In this document: positions 23,253 to 32,298 of the stretch, one piece after another
How positions within the stretch are numbered: position 1 is the stretch's first letter
Layout of the letters: each line of letters opens with the position of its first letter
Source: Escherichia phage vB_EcoP_K
DNA: 37,775 nucleotides
Sequence record: NC_047809.1
Reading direction: 5' to 3' (one strand)
Made by a program: the position numbers and the translations under genes
The notes under the pieces: model-generated
Databases searched by the model: none
What the model was told of the DNA's origin: nothing
The model's input: only the letters and a program-made list of their open reading frames with translations

Positions 23253-25785
23253 TTGGAAGAAGGAAGCAGAAGGCCGCATCTTAGTGATGGATTCTGAGGC
23301 TAAAGGCCTGCTGGATGCTATCCGATATGGCCACCGCGAAGATGTGCACATCATTTGCTGCATGGATTTGCTTACTACAGAGGAGTTCCTCTTCTTTGAC
23401 CCATACGAGATGCGTGACCCTGAAGCAAGAGAACGCCTAAAAGAATGGGAAGGCCATCAAGATGGAACATTGGTTGACGGTGTTAACTTCCTTAAGCACT
23501 GCGAAGCCATCGTCTCACAGAACTTCCTAGGGTACGACGGCCTTCTATTTGAGAAAGCATTCCCTGATATCTGGAAAGGCTTTAACTATACCGAGAGACG
23601 CGGCAAGGGCAGACTCCGCGCTGACCTGTGTCCGGTACGCGTCATGGATACGCTGGTCATGAGTCGCCTGTTAAACCCCGATAGACGCCTCCCTCCGCAA
23701 GCATACGCCAAAGGCATGGGTAACGTAGCCCCTCACTCAATTGAGGCGCACGGCATTCGTATAGGCCGTTATAAGCCGGAGAACGAGGATTGGTCTAAAC
23801 TAACTGACCACATGGTACATCGTGTACGCGAGGACGTGGCGATAGGCCGTGACCTATTCCTCTGGCTATTTAACGGAGAATGGACGGAGCACAAACGCCG
23901 TGGCGTGAATAAACGCACTGGCCTAGGTATTGAGACAGCCTTCCACATGGAGTCCATTGTGGCGCTGGAGATGAGCCGTCAGGCCGAGCGTGGATTCCGT
24001 CTGGATATAGATAAAGCATTAGCACGATGCGAGGAATTGGACGCTAAGATTGATGAGACAGTCGCAGCGTTCCGTCCGCACATGCCTATGCGTATCAAGT
24101 CTAAACCTTTTAAACCGGAAGAAAAGAATGAAGTATGCCAACGCGCAAATGAGTATGGAGCTAGCAACAATATACCTACTGTCCTTGACCCCTCTCACTT
24201 TCTTCACGCAGAGAGACGAGGAGATCGCAAGACAGTATGGAGTGTCACTACTAAGTCTGGTGATTGGTCGGCTAGCGTCAAGAAAGACTTTCCTCACCTT
24301 AGAGGAAACCGTAATGACACGCCAAGCATCAAGTGGATTGGCGCTTACTCGCCTGTTACTTTCGAAGAGATTCCCTTGGGTAACAGGGATACAGTTAAGC
24401 AAGTGCTCTATGATTATGGATGGAAAGGTGTTGAATTTAACGATACCGAGCAAGCGCATCTCGATGAGCATGGCGTATTACCCAAGCCTTGGAGTGGGAA
24501 GATAAATGAAAAGTCCCTTACTTTATGGCAAGAGAGAGCCGCACGTGAAGGTAAAACAGTCCCTGATTGGTGCTTGGGTATCGCTGCATGGTACATACTC
24601 GTATCCCGTCGTGGTCAGATCCTCAACCGTGGTGACGTTGAAGCCTTCGACCAGAAGGGGGTGTGGCCTTCGCAAGCTGGTATACGAAAGTGTCGCGGCC
24701 TTGTACCTGTAGCATTTAACAAGGAGTTAGGAATCAATGCGCAGCAATACTACGAAAGGTACGGATGCTGGCCTACGTCAGACAAGGATGACGGAGAATG
24801 GCGTGTGCCAGCTATTGCTATTAGTATTGGAACTTCTACGTTCCGTATGCGTCATCGTAACGTGGTTAATATTCCTGCCCGTGGTTTGTATCCTTTACGT
24901 GATTTATTCATAGCCGGTAAAGGTAAGCTAATCCTTGGTTGTGATGGTGCTGGTCTTGAACTACGTGTACTGTCTCACTTCATGAATGACCCTGAATATC
25001 AAGATATTGTACTGCATGGTGACATTCACACCCATAATCAAATGAAGGCTGGTCTTCCTAAGCGTGACATGGCGAAGACATTTATATATGCCTTCCTATA
25101 TGGGTCTGGTATAGCTAACCTTGCAGCAGTATGTGGTGTTACTGAGGAAGAAATGGAGGAAGTTGTGGCAAGATTTGAGGTTGAACTACCATCTCTTGCA
25201 CGTCTTCGTGAGAATGTTATCGCACAAGGTAACAAGTTTGGCTACCTACAAGCACCTGATGGTCATTGGGGTCGCATCCGTATGTCTGGTGGTGAACTTA
25301 AAGAGCACACTATGCTTAACGTACTACTCCAGATGACTGGTTCTCTGTGTATGAAATACGCATTGGTCAGAGCGTTTGCAGTGATGCGCAAGGAAGGTGT
25401 GGCCTTAGATAGCATGGGAAACCCTTGCGGTATAGCTAACGTGCACGATGAAATCCAGATGGAAGTCCCTGAAGATGAGGTCTTGTATCTCAACTACGAC
25501 TTGCCTTTCACCTTAGAAGGGTTCGAAACAGAGAAGGCTGCTGTGAAAGCAGTGTTCGATGCAGAGGAGAAACGTGTTCATGTGGATTCTGAAGGACGTA
25601 TGTGGTCTGCTGCAAATCTCGTTAGTGTTGATGCTGATGCTGGTGTACTTCATTGCCAGCGTCGTTATCACCGTGCAGGGCATATCATTGCCGATGCAAT
25701 GACTTGGGCAGGTCAGTACCTGAAGATGCGTTGTCCGATGGCAGGTGAGTATAAGATTGGTGCAAGTTGGAAGGAAACACACTGA
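23239..25785 (+). CDS. DNA polymerase, family A (T7 gp5-like), 848 aa
   Basis: GGAG 6 nt upstream; 3'-5' exonuclease-type motif ILVMDSEAKGL; polymerase motif B ..RDMAKTFIYAFLYGSG.. and motif C ..VHDEIQMEV.. Confidence 0.9.
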   Translation: MKSIDWKKEAEGRILVMDSEAKGLLDAIRYGHREDVHIICCMDLLTTEEFLFFDPYEMRDPEARERLKEWEGHQDGTLVDGVNFLKHCEAIVSQNFLGYDGLLFEKAFPDIWKGFNYTERRGKGRLRADLCPVRVMDTLVMSRLLNPDRRLPPQAYAKGMGNVAPHSIEAHGIRIGRYKPENEDWSKLTDHMVHRVREDVAIGRDLFLWLFNGEWTEHKRRGVNKRTGLGIETAFHMESIVALEMSRQAERGFRLDIDKALARCEELDAKIDETVAAFRPHMPMRIKSKPFKPEEKNEVCQRANEYGASNNIPTVLDPSHFLHAERRGDRKTVWSVTTKSGDWSASVKKDFPHLRGNRNDTPSIKWIGAYSPVTFEEIPLGNRDTVKQVLYDYGWKGVEFNDTEQAHLDEHGVLPKPWSGKINEKSLTLWQERAAREGKTVPDWCLGIAAWYILVSRRGQILNRGDVEAFDQKGVWPSQAGIRKCRGLVPVAFNKELGINAQQYYERYGCWPTSDKDDGEWRVPAIAISIGTSTFRMRHRNVVNIPARGLYPLRDLFIAGKGKLILGCDGAGLELRVLSHFMNDPEYQDIVLHGDIHTHNQMKAGLPKRDMAKTFIYAFLYGSGIANLAAVCGVTEEEMEEVVARFEVELPSLARLRENVIAQGNKFGYLQAPDGHWGRIRMSGGELKEHTMLNVLLQMTGSLCMKYALVRAFAVMRKEGVALDSMGNPCGIANVHDEIQMEVPEDEVLYLNYDLPFTLEGFETEKAAVKAVFDAEEKRVHVDSEGRMWSAANLVSVDADAGVLHCQRRYHRAGHIIADAMTWAGQYLKMRCPMAGEYKIGASWKETH

Positions 25786-25901
25786 TGGACAGGTTTGATA
25801 TTGTTTGCCTATTCTCCACCTTCTTTCTTATATTCCTTATGCTTGCTTGCTATGGAAGTATGCGATTAGATATACCTGATGAAGAGGAGGGTTACGATTG
25901 A
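25785..25901 (+). CDS. Possible small membrane protein, 38 aa
   Basis: ATG overlapping DNAP stop (TGATG); hydrophobic core CLFSTFFLIFLMLACYG. Confidence 0.3.
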   Translation: MDRFDIVCLFSTFFLIFLMLACYGSMRLDIPDEEEGYD

Positions 25902-25999
25902 TGCAGGCATCTTTTATTATTCTTGGAGTCATATTATTTATGGTAGTATTCTGGGCTTTCTCTGGCATTGACCCAGATTGTGATGGTAACTACGACTGA
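25901..25999 (+). CDS. Possible small membrane protein, 32 aa
   Basis: ATG overlapping preceding stop; hydrophobic FIILGVILFMVVFWAF. Confidence 0.3.
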   Translation: MQASFIILGVILFMVVFWAFSGIDPDCDGNYD

Positions 26000-26008
26000 G
26001 TTATACTC

Positions 26009-26030
26009 AAGGTCACTTACGAGTGGCCTT
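26009..26030 (+). terminator. Stem-loop (8 bp, one G-U) after the small ORFs; weak terminator candidate
   Basis: AAGGTCAC TTACGA GTGGCCTT followed by T-poor tail (TATGAA); so low confidence. Confidence 0.3.
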
Positions 26031-26067
26031 TATGAATAACTTATTCCTACTTATTTAGTCTAACATG

Positions 26068-26090
26068 ATTTACTGGACACTATAGAAGGA
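26068..26090 (+). promoter_or_regulatory. SP6-class phage RNAP promoter
   Basis: ATTTACTGGACACTATAGAAGGA; +1 G at 26085. Confidence 0.75.
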
Positions 26091-26154
26091 AAGCCTAGGT
26101 AATCTAGGTTTATAAGGTAGTATAGGTAATTAAATAAATATAGGAGATATAAAT

Positions 26155-26532
26155 ATGTCTATGGTAACTACTCTGGTATTCGTGGCTCAATACTTTCGTG
26201 GTCTTGCTAATAAGTTCAAGTCCAAGGCTATCAAAGCTATTGAGGCTCGCATCGAAGCAGTACAGGCAGAGCAAGTTAAAGTTGAAGAACATCGTAGTTC
26301 TCAAATGATTGACTGTCATAACCGCTACTATGCATCTCGTGATGAACTAAATGCACGTCAAGTCAAAGAGGTAGAAGATATGCTGGCACGTCACCAGCAA
26401 GAGCGTGACAGCCTGAAAGCTGAATTTGAAGAGAACAAGGCATCAATTGCTCTTGTAAATCAAGCTGCATCTGACAGCCTGAAGAAAGAGATTGTTATGC
26501 TGGAAATAGAACTGGACAACTTGACTAAATAA
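26155..26532 (+). CDS. Hypothetical coiled-coil protein, 125 aa
   Basis: Strong AT-rich leader with GGAG; heptad-like charged sequence (..IEARIEAVQAEQVKVEE.., ..EIVMLEIELDNLTK). Confidence 0.5.
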   Translation: MSMVTTLVFVAQYFRGLANKFKSKAIKAIEARIEAVQAEQVKVEEHRSSQMIDCHNRYYASRDELNARQVKEVEDMLARHQQERDSLKAEFEENKASIALVNQAASDSLKKEIVMLEIELDNLTK

Positions 26533-26538
26533 GGAGTT

Positions 26539-26838
26539 ATGATGGAAGAAGTGATTCAAGCTAAACATTTAGGTATCATCTTTCGTGATCTAGAGCAGCG
26601 TAAAGTTGCAGGTCACACTCGTCTGGCTAAAGAAGACGATACAGCAATCACTACTGTGGAACAAGCAGATGCCTATCGTGGTCCAGAGTTTACTCAAGGT
26701 GAAACTTGTCATCAATTGAGCCTTTCACTTTGTGACACTATGGCTAGTGTAAATGTACAAGAGGTTGAAGATGGTGAATGTGTTAGTTATGTCTACCCTC
26801 TCGATACTATTGCACGTATTAAGGTAGTTCATAAGTAA
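26539..26838 (+). CDS. Hypothetical protein, about 98 aa
   Basis: AAGGAG upstream of ATG 26539/26542; coding-like composition. Confidence 0.5.
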   Translation: MMEEVIQAKHLGIIFRDLEQRKVAGHTRLAKEDDTAITTVEQADAYRGPEFTQGETCHQLSLSLCDTMASVNVQEVEDGECVSYVYPLDTIARIKVVHK

Positions 26839-26859
26839 TTACTGGACACTATAGAACAA
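26837..26859 (+). promoter_or_regulatory. SP6-class phage RNAP promoter (variant AGAACAA downstream)
   Basis: AATTACTGGACACTATAGAACAA; +1 G at 26854. Confidence 0.7.
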
Positions 26860-26915
26860 TAGGTCGGCTTAGTTCGGCCTATGATTGTGTAGTGTAACAA
26901 TAGGAGACTAAATAA

Positions 26916-27722
26916 ATGGCACGTGGTGATTTTGATTTTGGTGCTCAGGTTACTAAAGCTGAAGGTAAAGTATTTAAGAACCCTGAAGTTGGTGATCATG
27001 AAGCAGTAATCTCTGGCATCATTCATGTTGGTTCCTTCCAAGATATCTTTAAGAAAGGTAATACCACTGAAGTTAAGAAGCCAGCAAACTTTGTTCTTGT
27101 TAAGATTATCCTGATGGGTGACGACGATAAGAATGAAGATGATTCTCGCATGGAACAATGGATGGCTGTGCCTCTGAAGTCTGGTGATAAGGCAACACTG
27201 ACTAAGTTCCTGAATGCAGTTGACCCTAAAGAGTTGCTGGGTGGCTTCGATGATTTTATCGGTGAATGTCTGACTGCAACTATGTTTGGCTCTGGCGACA
27301 AGAATGATGATGGTACTTTCAAGTATGTTAACTGGAAAGGCTTTGGCGGTATGCCTGATAAGTTGAAGAAGCTTGTACTGGCTCAGGTAGAAGAGGAAGG
27401 TCTGTCTATGACAGGTCATATCACCTTCGACAAGCTGACCAAAGAAATCCTTGATGACATCCCAGCTAACTTGGTACGTCAATACTTCCTGAACGAGACA
27501 CCTCGTGGTAAGAACCTGTCTGTTGCTGGCTCTCACGTAGAAGCTATTATCAAAGCTGCTCGTGAAGAAGACCCTGAATGGAAGAAGGCTAAGAAGAAAG
27601 ACGAGGAAGATGCTACCCCAGCTAATCGTAAATCTCTGGATACTGGTGAGTCTGTTCCACAGGAAGTACCTGAAGCAGAAGATACTCCTGCACCGGAGAT
27701 GGATGAGGACGCGGAATATTAA
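26916..27722 (+). CDS. Probable ssDNA-binding protein (T7 gp2.5-like), 268 aa
   Basis: Position in replication module; highly acidic C-terminal tail ending in an aromatic residue (..PEMDEDAEY), the hallmark of T7 gp2.5; high-expression codon usage. Confidence 0.5.
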   Translation: MARGDFDFGAQVTKAEGKVFKNPEVGDHEAVISGIIHVGSFQDIFKKGNTTEVKKPANFVLVKIILMGDDDKNEDDSRMEQWMAVPLKSGDKATLTKFLNAVDPKELLGGFDDFIGECLTATMFGSGDKNDDGTFKYVNWKGFGGMPDKLKKLVLAQVEEEGLSMTGHITFDKLTKEILDDIPANLVRQYFLNETPRGKNLSVAGSHVEAIIKAAREEDPEWKKAKKKDEEDATPANRKSLDTGESVPQEVPEAEDTPAPEMDEDAEY

Positions 27723-27731
27723 GGAGAAAGG

Positions 27732-27950
27732 ATGAAAGTACAAATAGTAACCCTGCACTGCAAGAAAGGAATTACAACTCTTGGCGGCAACACTTTTCAC
27801 TCCTTCTCTGAAGGGGACACATATGCCGACCTGCACTACATCTGGCGCGACGGACAGCACGTGGTGAACTACAGCGACCCAGCTACGGGGAAACGCCACG
27901 GCGTATCGCTTCCGGCGCATGACATTGCTCAGGTGAACACAGTTTTATAA
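27732..27950 (+). CDS. Hypothetical protein, 72 aa
   Basis: AAGGAGAAAGG RBS; coding-like. Confidence 0.45.
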   Translation: MKVQIVTLHCKKGITTLGGNTFHSFSEGDTYADLHYIWRDGQHVVNYSDPATGKRHGVSLPAHDIAQVNTVL

Positions 27951-27970
27951 AGTCTCACGTGTGAGACAAA
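27950..27970 (+). promoter_or_regulatory. Conserved palindromic stem-loop, copy 4 (AGTCTCACGTGTGAGACAA)
   Basis: Begins 2 nt after stop at 27950; same core as other copies; a phage promoter follows 13 nt downstream. Confidence 0.45.
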
Positions 27971-27982
27971 TCGGTGTCCGGT

Positions 27983-28005
27983 ATTTACTGGACACTATAG
28001 AAGAG
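27983..28005 (+). promoter_or_regulatory. SP6-class phage RNAP promoter
   Basis: ATTTACTGGACACTATAGAAGAG; +1 G at 28000. Confidence 0.75.
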
Positions 28006-28055
28006 AAGAATTTTAATCGGCGATAATGCCATAACCAACAAAAGGAGAATTTAAT

Positions 28056-28427
28056 ATGTTCAAGATTGAAACTATCGTAAACCGTGTTGTTAAAGGTGCT
28101 GCTCTGGTATCCGTTGAGTCTTTCATTATCGTCGATGAAGCTGATCAACTGGTAGCTGGTACTAAGGCTTACGATACCCGTGAAGAAGCTCAGGCTAAGA
28201 TTGACAGCATGGGTAACTTCGCTGCTGGTCTGGAGTTCGCTCGTGCTTGCTTCCCTGAGCAGGCTGACAAAGCCCAGATCGGTAAGGCTAACATCGTAGC
28301 TGAATATCTGGATTGGATTGCTGCTGGTAAACCAGTGAAAGAAGTCAAAGCTGCTGAAGAAGCTGAAGCTCCGGCAGTAGAAGTGTCTGCACCGGAAGCT
28401 CCGGTTAGCGAAGAGGAAGAGTTTTGA
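28056..28427 (+). CDS. Highly expressed acidic protein of unknown function, 123 aa, acidic C-terminal tail ending in Phe
   Basis: Strong RBS AAAAGGAGAA; E. coli high-expression codon choice (CTG, CGT, GGT, GAA); C-terminus ..APEAPVSEEEEF; own promoter upstream and hairpin plus T-run downstream. Confidence 0.6.
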   Translation: MFKIETIVNRVVKGAALVSVESFIIVDEADQLVAGTKAYDTREEAQAKIDSMGNFAAGLEFARACFPEQADKAQIGKANIVAEYLDWIAAGKPVKEVKAAEEAEAPAVEVSAPEAPVSEEEEF

Positions 28428-28486
28428 TAATAGCAGGTGTAGCCTCTGTTAGTCCTAGTTGACTATCACGCTCACCTCATCTAATG

Positions 28487-28518
28487 CCCTGTCTGCCTTA
28501 GTGTAGGCAGGGTCTTTT
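28487..28518 (+). terminator. Rho-independent terminator candidate
   Basis: Imperfect stem CCCTGTCTGCC / GGCAGGG with loop, followed by TCTTTTG, 60 nt after stop of the 123-aa gene. Confidence 0.45.
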
Positions 28519-28544
28519 GCGTAATAGTTATTGGAGAATGAATT

Positions 28545-28817
28545 ATGCCGACTATTGAATCTCGAATTGAACTGGACATTAGCTACAATGCAATCACCAG
28601 ACAGTATATTGGGGTTGCCTATGATTACAAAACTGGTGAGAAGCTAGTGGAGGTGAGACAATGGGATGACTATTGGTTAAGACAGAACCTCCATGATGCG
28701 GTGTCCTCCTTCTTGAAGGAGTGGCCTACATGCGACCAAACTTCGACTTCGGAGCTACAGTATCGGAAGACAATAATCTCATCCTGTGGCCGACTGAAGG
28801 TAATCGAATCGCTTTAA
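28545..28817 (+). CDS. Hypothetical protein, up to 90 aa, overlapping the exonuclease gene start
   Basis: GGAGA RBS upstream of ATG 28545; 97-nt overlap with the next gene in another frame makes the 3' part or the exonuclease start uncertain. Confidence 0.35.
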   Translation: MPTIESRIELDISYNAITRQYIGVAYDYKTGEKLVEVRQWDDYWLRQNLHDAVSSFLKEWPTCDQTSTSELQYRKTIISSCGRLKVIESL

Positions 28818-29758
28818 TAGATGCCGATATGTTGCCTTACATCGTCGCGTATACAATCAGCGACATGACTTATGTACGAGCCACAACTCGTGTTAAGTCA
28901 GGACAAGTCCCATCAATCAAAGATACGCCTGAGTGTAAGCAAGCGTGTGACCGTGTGAACTCCTTGCTTAACTCTTGGGTGTATGCAGCAGAATGTGATG
29001 CAGCTAAGTTATTCATGACGAAATCAGAAGCTAACTTCCGTGTCCGCCTAGCATTCACCAAGCCTTATAAAGGTCAACGTAAGACCGAGAAGCCTCCATT
29101 CTTCTATGAATTGCGAGAGCATCTCTTAGAGGTTCACGGTGCAATCTTGGCAGATGGAGAGGAAGCAGACGACCTCATGAGTATCGCACAATGGGACAGC
29201 CACCGCCGCTTCCAGCAAGATACAGGTAACGAGTTCCCTATCGGTAGTCCAGAGCATAAAGCATTCTCTGATACTTGCATCGTTTCCTTGGATAAGGATT
29301 TGATGATTGTTCCCGGTTGGCATCTACAGCCGGGTCAAGAGAAGAAGTGGGTAGAGCCTATGGGCTGGCTTGAGCTACGCCGTAAGGCTAATGGGCAAGT
29401 CAAAGATCTAAAAGGTGCTGGCCTCATGTTCCACTATGCACAGATGATTATCGGTGATGATATTGATAACTATGCTGGCATACCAGGTCGTGGTGCTAAA
29501 TATGCCTATGATCTTCTCAAAGATTGTAAGACAGAGAAAGAGTTGTACATGGCAGTGCTGGGTGCTTACAAGGCTAAGTTCGGGCATGGACAAGTTAAGA
29601 TTAAGAATTACCGAGGTGGTTATCGTATCGGCAAAGCCTTTGACCTGATGCTTGAATGTGGTCGCCTAGCTCACATGGCTAGATTCAAAGGTGATATATG
29701 GCGAGCCGATAAGAACCCAATCTTGTGGGGAGATGATGCGGAATGGTTAGCAAATTAA
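28721..29758 (+). CDS. 5'-3' exonuclease (T7 gp6-like), 345 aa
   Basis: ..NRIALIDADMLPY.. and ..GDDIDNYAGIPGRGAKYAYDLL.. correspond in pattern to T7 gp6 (..GILVMDGDWLVF.., ..KGDITDGYSGIAGWG..). Confidence 0.8.
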   Translation: MAYMRPNFDFGATVSEDNNLILWPTEGNRIALIDADMLPYIVAYTISDMTYVRATTRVKSGQVPSIKDTPECKQACDRVNSLLNSWVYAAECDAAKLFMTKSEANFRVRLAFTKPYKGQRKTEKPPFFYELREHLLEVHGAILADGEEADDLMSIAQWDSHRRFQQDTGNEFPIGSPEHKAFSDTCIVSLDKDLMIVPGWHLQPGQEKKWVEPMGWLELRRKANGQVKDLKGAGLMFHYAQMIIGDDIDNYAGIPGRGAKYAYDLLKDCKTEKELYMAVLGAYKAKFGHGQVKIKNYRGGYRIGKAFDLMLECGRLAHMARFKGDIWRADKNPILWGDDAEWLAN

Positions 29759-30144
29759 AAGCATCGGAGGTGGCAGCTTATAAGAAGGAATTGCTGGATA
29801 AGCAAGGCTGGAAATGCCCTCTGTGTGGCGGCAGTCTCAAAGCTGTCACACCTGTAAACCGTGTACTTGACCATGACCATGAGACAGGATTCTGCCGCGC
29901 TGTTGTATGCCGAGGCTGCAATGGTGCGGAAGGGAAGATTAAGGGTGTTATCTCTGGTTATGGCAAGGCAGGTAATAACCGTTACTTCCAGCTTCAATGG
30001 TTAGAACGACTGTATGAATACTGGAAGTTACATAGTACGCCTCAGACAGATAAGTTATATCACAAACATCAAACGGAGGCAGAGAAGCGCGAGGCTAAGA
30101 ACCGTAAGGCACGCCTTGCTTATGCAAGAAAGAAAGGAGTATGA
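29743..30144 (+). CDS. Endonuclease VII-family Holliday-junction resolvase, 133 aa
   Basis: CPLCGG...DHDHETGFCRAVVCRGCN zinc-binding and H-N-H-like core typical of T4 endo VII family; position after exonuclease. Confidence 0.6.
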   Translation: MVSKLKASEVAAYKKELLDKQGWKCPLCGGSLKAVTPVNRVLDHDHETGFCRAVVCRGCNGAEGKIKGVISGYGKAGNNRYFQLQWLERLYEYWKLHSTPQTDKLYHKHQTEAEKREAKNRKARLAYARKKGV

Positions 30145-30145
30145 T

Positions 30146-30577
30146 ATGGACTGTATAGACCACGGGCATTATAAATGCTTAAATCAATTAGGTTACTACA
30201 GGTCGTGGCATAAACCTAGTAAGAGGTTACAATTACTTCATCGCGTGGTCTATGCAGAGCACCACGGCCTTTCTATAGAGGATATAAAGGATGTAGCGAT
30301 TAGACACACTTGTGATAATGCAAGGTGTATAAACCCTGCACACTTAATATCTGGTACACAGCAGGACAACATACAAGATATGATAGATCGAGGCAGACGT
30401 GCTAGCTTTGCAGGAGAAAATAATAATCGTGCTAAACTAACTTGGGATGTTGTACGTGCTATCAGGGCAACATATGTTGCTAATAAGAAAGGTGAGAGGT
30501 TACGACTAGCTAAGCTATATAATGTCTCACCTGCTACCATTAGTGATATTGTAAGCGGGAGGGTTTGGAAAGAATAA
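30146..30577 (+). CDS. HNH homing endonuclease (free-standing), 143 aa
   Basis: AAAGGAG RBS; ..LHRVVYAEHHGLSIEDIKDVAIRHTCDNARCINPAHL.. (HNH_3-type His-Me finger) plus C-terminal DNA-binding-like region ..NNRAKLTWDVVRAIRATY.. Confidence 0.8.
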   Translation: MDCIDHGHYKCLNQLGYYRSWHKPSKRLQLLHRVVYAEHHGLSIEDIKDVAIRHTCDNARCINPAHLISGTQQDNIQDMIDRGRRASFAGENNNRAKLTWDVVRAIRATYVANKKGERLRLAKLYNVSPATISDIVSGRVWKE

Positions 30578-31584
30578 TGGGTAAGATTAGAAACTTGTTT
30601 ACTAATAAGGAGGTAGAAGAAGCAGTTGAAAGTGCAAAGCAGGATGATGGCACTATCAACTATCGCCTGATGGCGTCTATTCTCTCAGATAACACACACG
30701 GGACTACAGTTACAAGGCAGCTTGCAAAGTATTGGGCCAAACAATTTGAAAAGCGGAAGAAGAATGGCGAGGCGTATGAAACCTTGGCTATTGCGAACCG
30801 TGCTATCAAAGAAGAACGTAAGCTCAGGACTCCTGACCGCTACGAGGATTTGGCTATTGTACCATTGCCTGACTCGCCTCATCGAAGTGTACTGGTAATA
30901 CCTGACACCCATGCACCTTATGAGCATCCAGATACATTAGAGTTTCTGGCAGCGGTGGCAGCACGTTACCGTCCAGACACTGTAGTTCATCTTGGTGATG
31001 AGGCGGACAAGCACGCACTTTCATTCCATACGTCAGATCCTAATCTGGATTCGGCTGGTATGGAGTTAGAGAAGGCTCGTATCTTCATGCGTAAATTACA
31101 TAAGATGTTCCCTGTAATGCGCATCTGCCACTCTAATCATGGCTCCTTACATTTCCGTAAGGCCAGTGCTCATGGCATCCCTGTGCAATACCTGCGCACA
31201 TACCGTGAAGTCTTCTTCCCGCAGGGAGGTGGCGACCAGTGGGACTGGCAGCATACGCATGTACTTGAGCTACCTAATGGTGAGCAGGTGGCGTTCAAGC
31301 ATCAACCTGCTGGCGCTGTCCTAGCAGATGCAGCACATGAGCGCATGAACTTAGTGTGTGGTCACTTGCATGGGAAGATGTCGGTGGAGTATGCACGTAA
31401 CACCCATGAACAGTATTGGGCTGTGCAGGGAGGCTGTTTGATTGATGAGTCATCTCGTGCATTTGCCTATGGTCGTGAGTCCAAATACAAGCCAGCATTA
31501 GGTTGTGTGGTTATTCTGGAGGGTGTGCCGCACATTGTCCCGATGCAGACCAATAATGACAATCGCTGGATTGGTAAGATTTAG
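30577..31584 (+). CDS. Calcineurin-like metallophosphoesterase, 335 aa
   Basis: Ordered motifs PDTHAP (DxH), HLGDEAD (GDxxD), SNHGS (GNH[DE]-like), GHLHG (GHxH); start could also be TTG 30565. Confidence 0.7.
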   Translation: MGKIRNLFTNKEVEEAVESAKQDDGTINYRLMASILSDNTHGTTVTRQLAKYWAKQFEKRKKNGEAYETLAIANRAIKEERKLRTPDRYEDLAIVPLPDSPHRSVLVIPDTHAPYEHPDTLEFLAAVAARYRPDTVVHLGDEADKHALSFHTSDPNLDSAGMELEKARIFMRKLHKMFPVMRICHSNHGSLHFRKASAHGIPVQYLRTYREVFFPQGGGDQWDWQHTHVLELPNGEQVAFKHQPAGAVLADAAHERMNLVCGHLHGKMSVEYARNTHEQYWAVQGGCLIDESSRAFAYGRESKYKPALGCVVILEGVPHIVPMQTNNDNRWIGKI

Positions 31585-31601
31585 TTGACACTATAGAACA
31601 A
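31579..31601 (+). promoter_or_regulatory. SP6-class phage RNAP promoter (variant)
   Basis: ATTTAGTTGACACTATAGAACAA; +1 G at 31596; overlaps stop of the phosphoesterase gene. Confidence 0.65.
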
Positions 31602-31652
31602 AGGGTAGGTATTAGCTTGCCCTTGATTGTATAGTGAATGGAGGAATTAATT

Positions 31653-32123
31653 ATGTCAAAGATTTATATTGGCGAATACGTCGTACGCCGTGCAGCTTAC
31701 CGAGATGCCTTCTGGAATAAACTGTGTGAAAGCCTAGACAAGAAACCAGATGGGGTATTCAAAGTATCCCGTGCAGAACCTAATTATAACTCTATCATGT
31801 TAGAAGGTGTTGAGAAGCGCGAATGGTATGCACCTTACTTCAAGGTTGTTGACTCATTGCAAGGTGAAGATCCTAGCACGTTGGACAACAATATGGTTAC
31901 TAAGCCTAAGCACTACGAGTTCTTCGATGGGGTAGAGGCAATCACTATCATTGCTCGTAGTATGACCGAGAAGCAATTTGCTGGATATTGCATGGGTAAT
32001 GCTTTGAAGTATCGTCTGCGTGCAGGGAAGAAATTCAACACGGAAGAAGATCTGAAGAAAGCAGACTACTACAAAGAGCTATTCCAGAAGCATCGTCACG
32101 AATGTATTGATGAGGATATTTAA
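31653..32123 (+). CDS. DUF3310-like phage protein, 156 aa
   Basis: GGAGG 6 nt upstream; ..KPKHYEFFDGVEAI..GNALKYRLRAGKK..EDLKKADYY.. matches my recollection of the DUF3310 signature common in T7-like phages. Confidence 0.45.
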   Translation: MSKIYIGEYVVRRAAYRDAFWNKLCESLDKKPDGVFKVSRAEPNYNSIMLEGVEKREWYAPYFKVVDSLQGEDPSTLDNNMVTKPKHYEFFDGVEAITIIARSMTEKQFAGYCMGNALKYRLRAGKKFNTEEDLKKADYYKELFQKHRHECIDEDI

Positions 32124-32124
32124 T

Positions 32125-32298
32125 ATGGAAGGTAAACTATATAGAGGGTACTTCGGTAACTTATATAGAGTAAGCCCTCTTGGTTTTGTATTGACCTCCA
32201 ATGATGAAGGTGCAATGTGGTTCCTAAGTGCCTATGGTTCTGACTTAGCATACTTTAAAGAGGCAATATTTAAAGGTGTGATGAAGGAGGTGAAATGA
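32125..32298 (+). CDS. Hypothetical small protein, 57 aa
   Basis: ATG 2 nt after previous stop, GAGGA upstream; overlaps ligase start by 4 nt. Confidence 0.4.
   Translation: MEGKLYRGYFGNLYRVSPLGFVLTSNDEGAMWFLSAYGSDLAYFKEAIFKGVMKEVK

Noticed and set aside
26829-27920. 363-aa ORF on the minus strand
   Set aside because: Antisense to the well-supported SSB-like and neighbouring plus-strand genes; low-complexity hydrophobic translation, no RBS context; typical shadow ORF of codon-biased highly expressed genes
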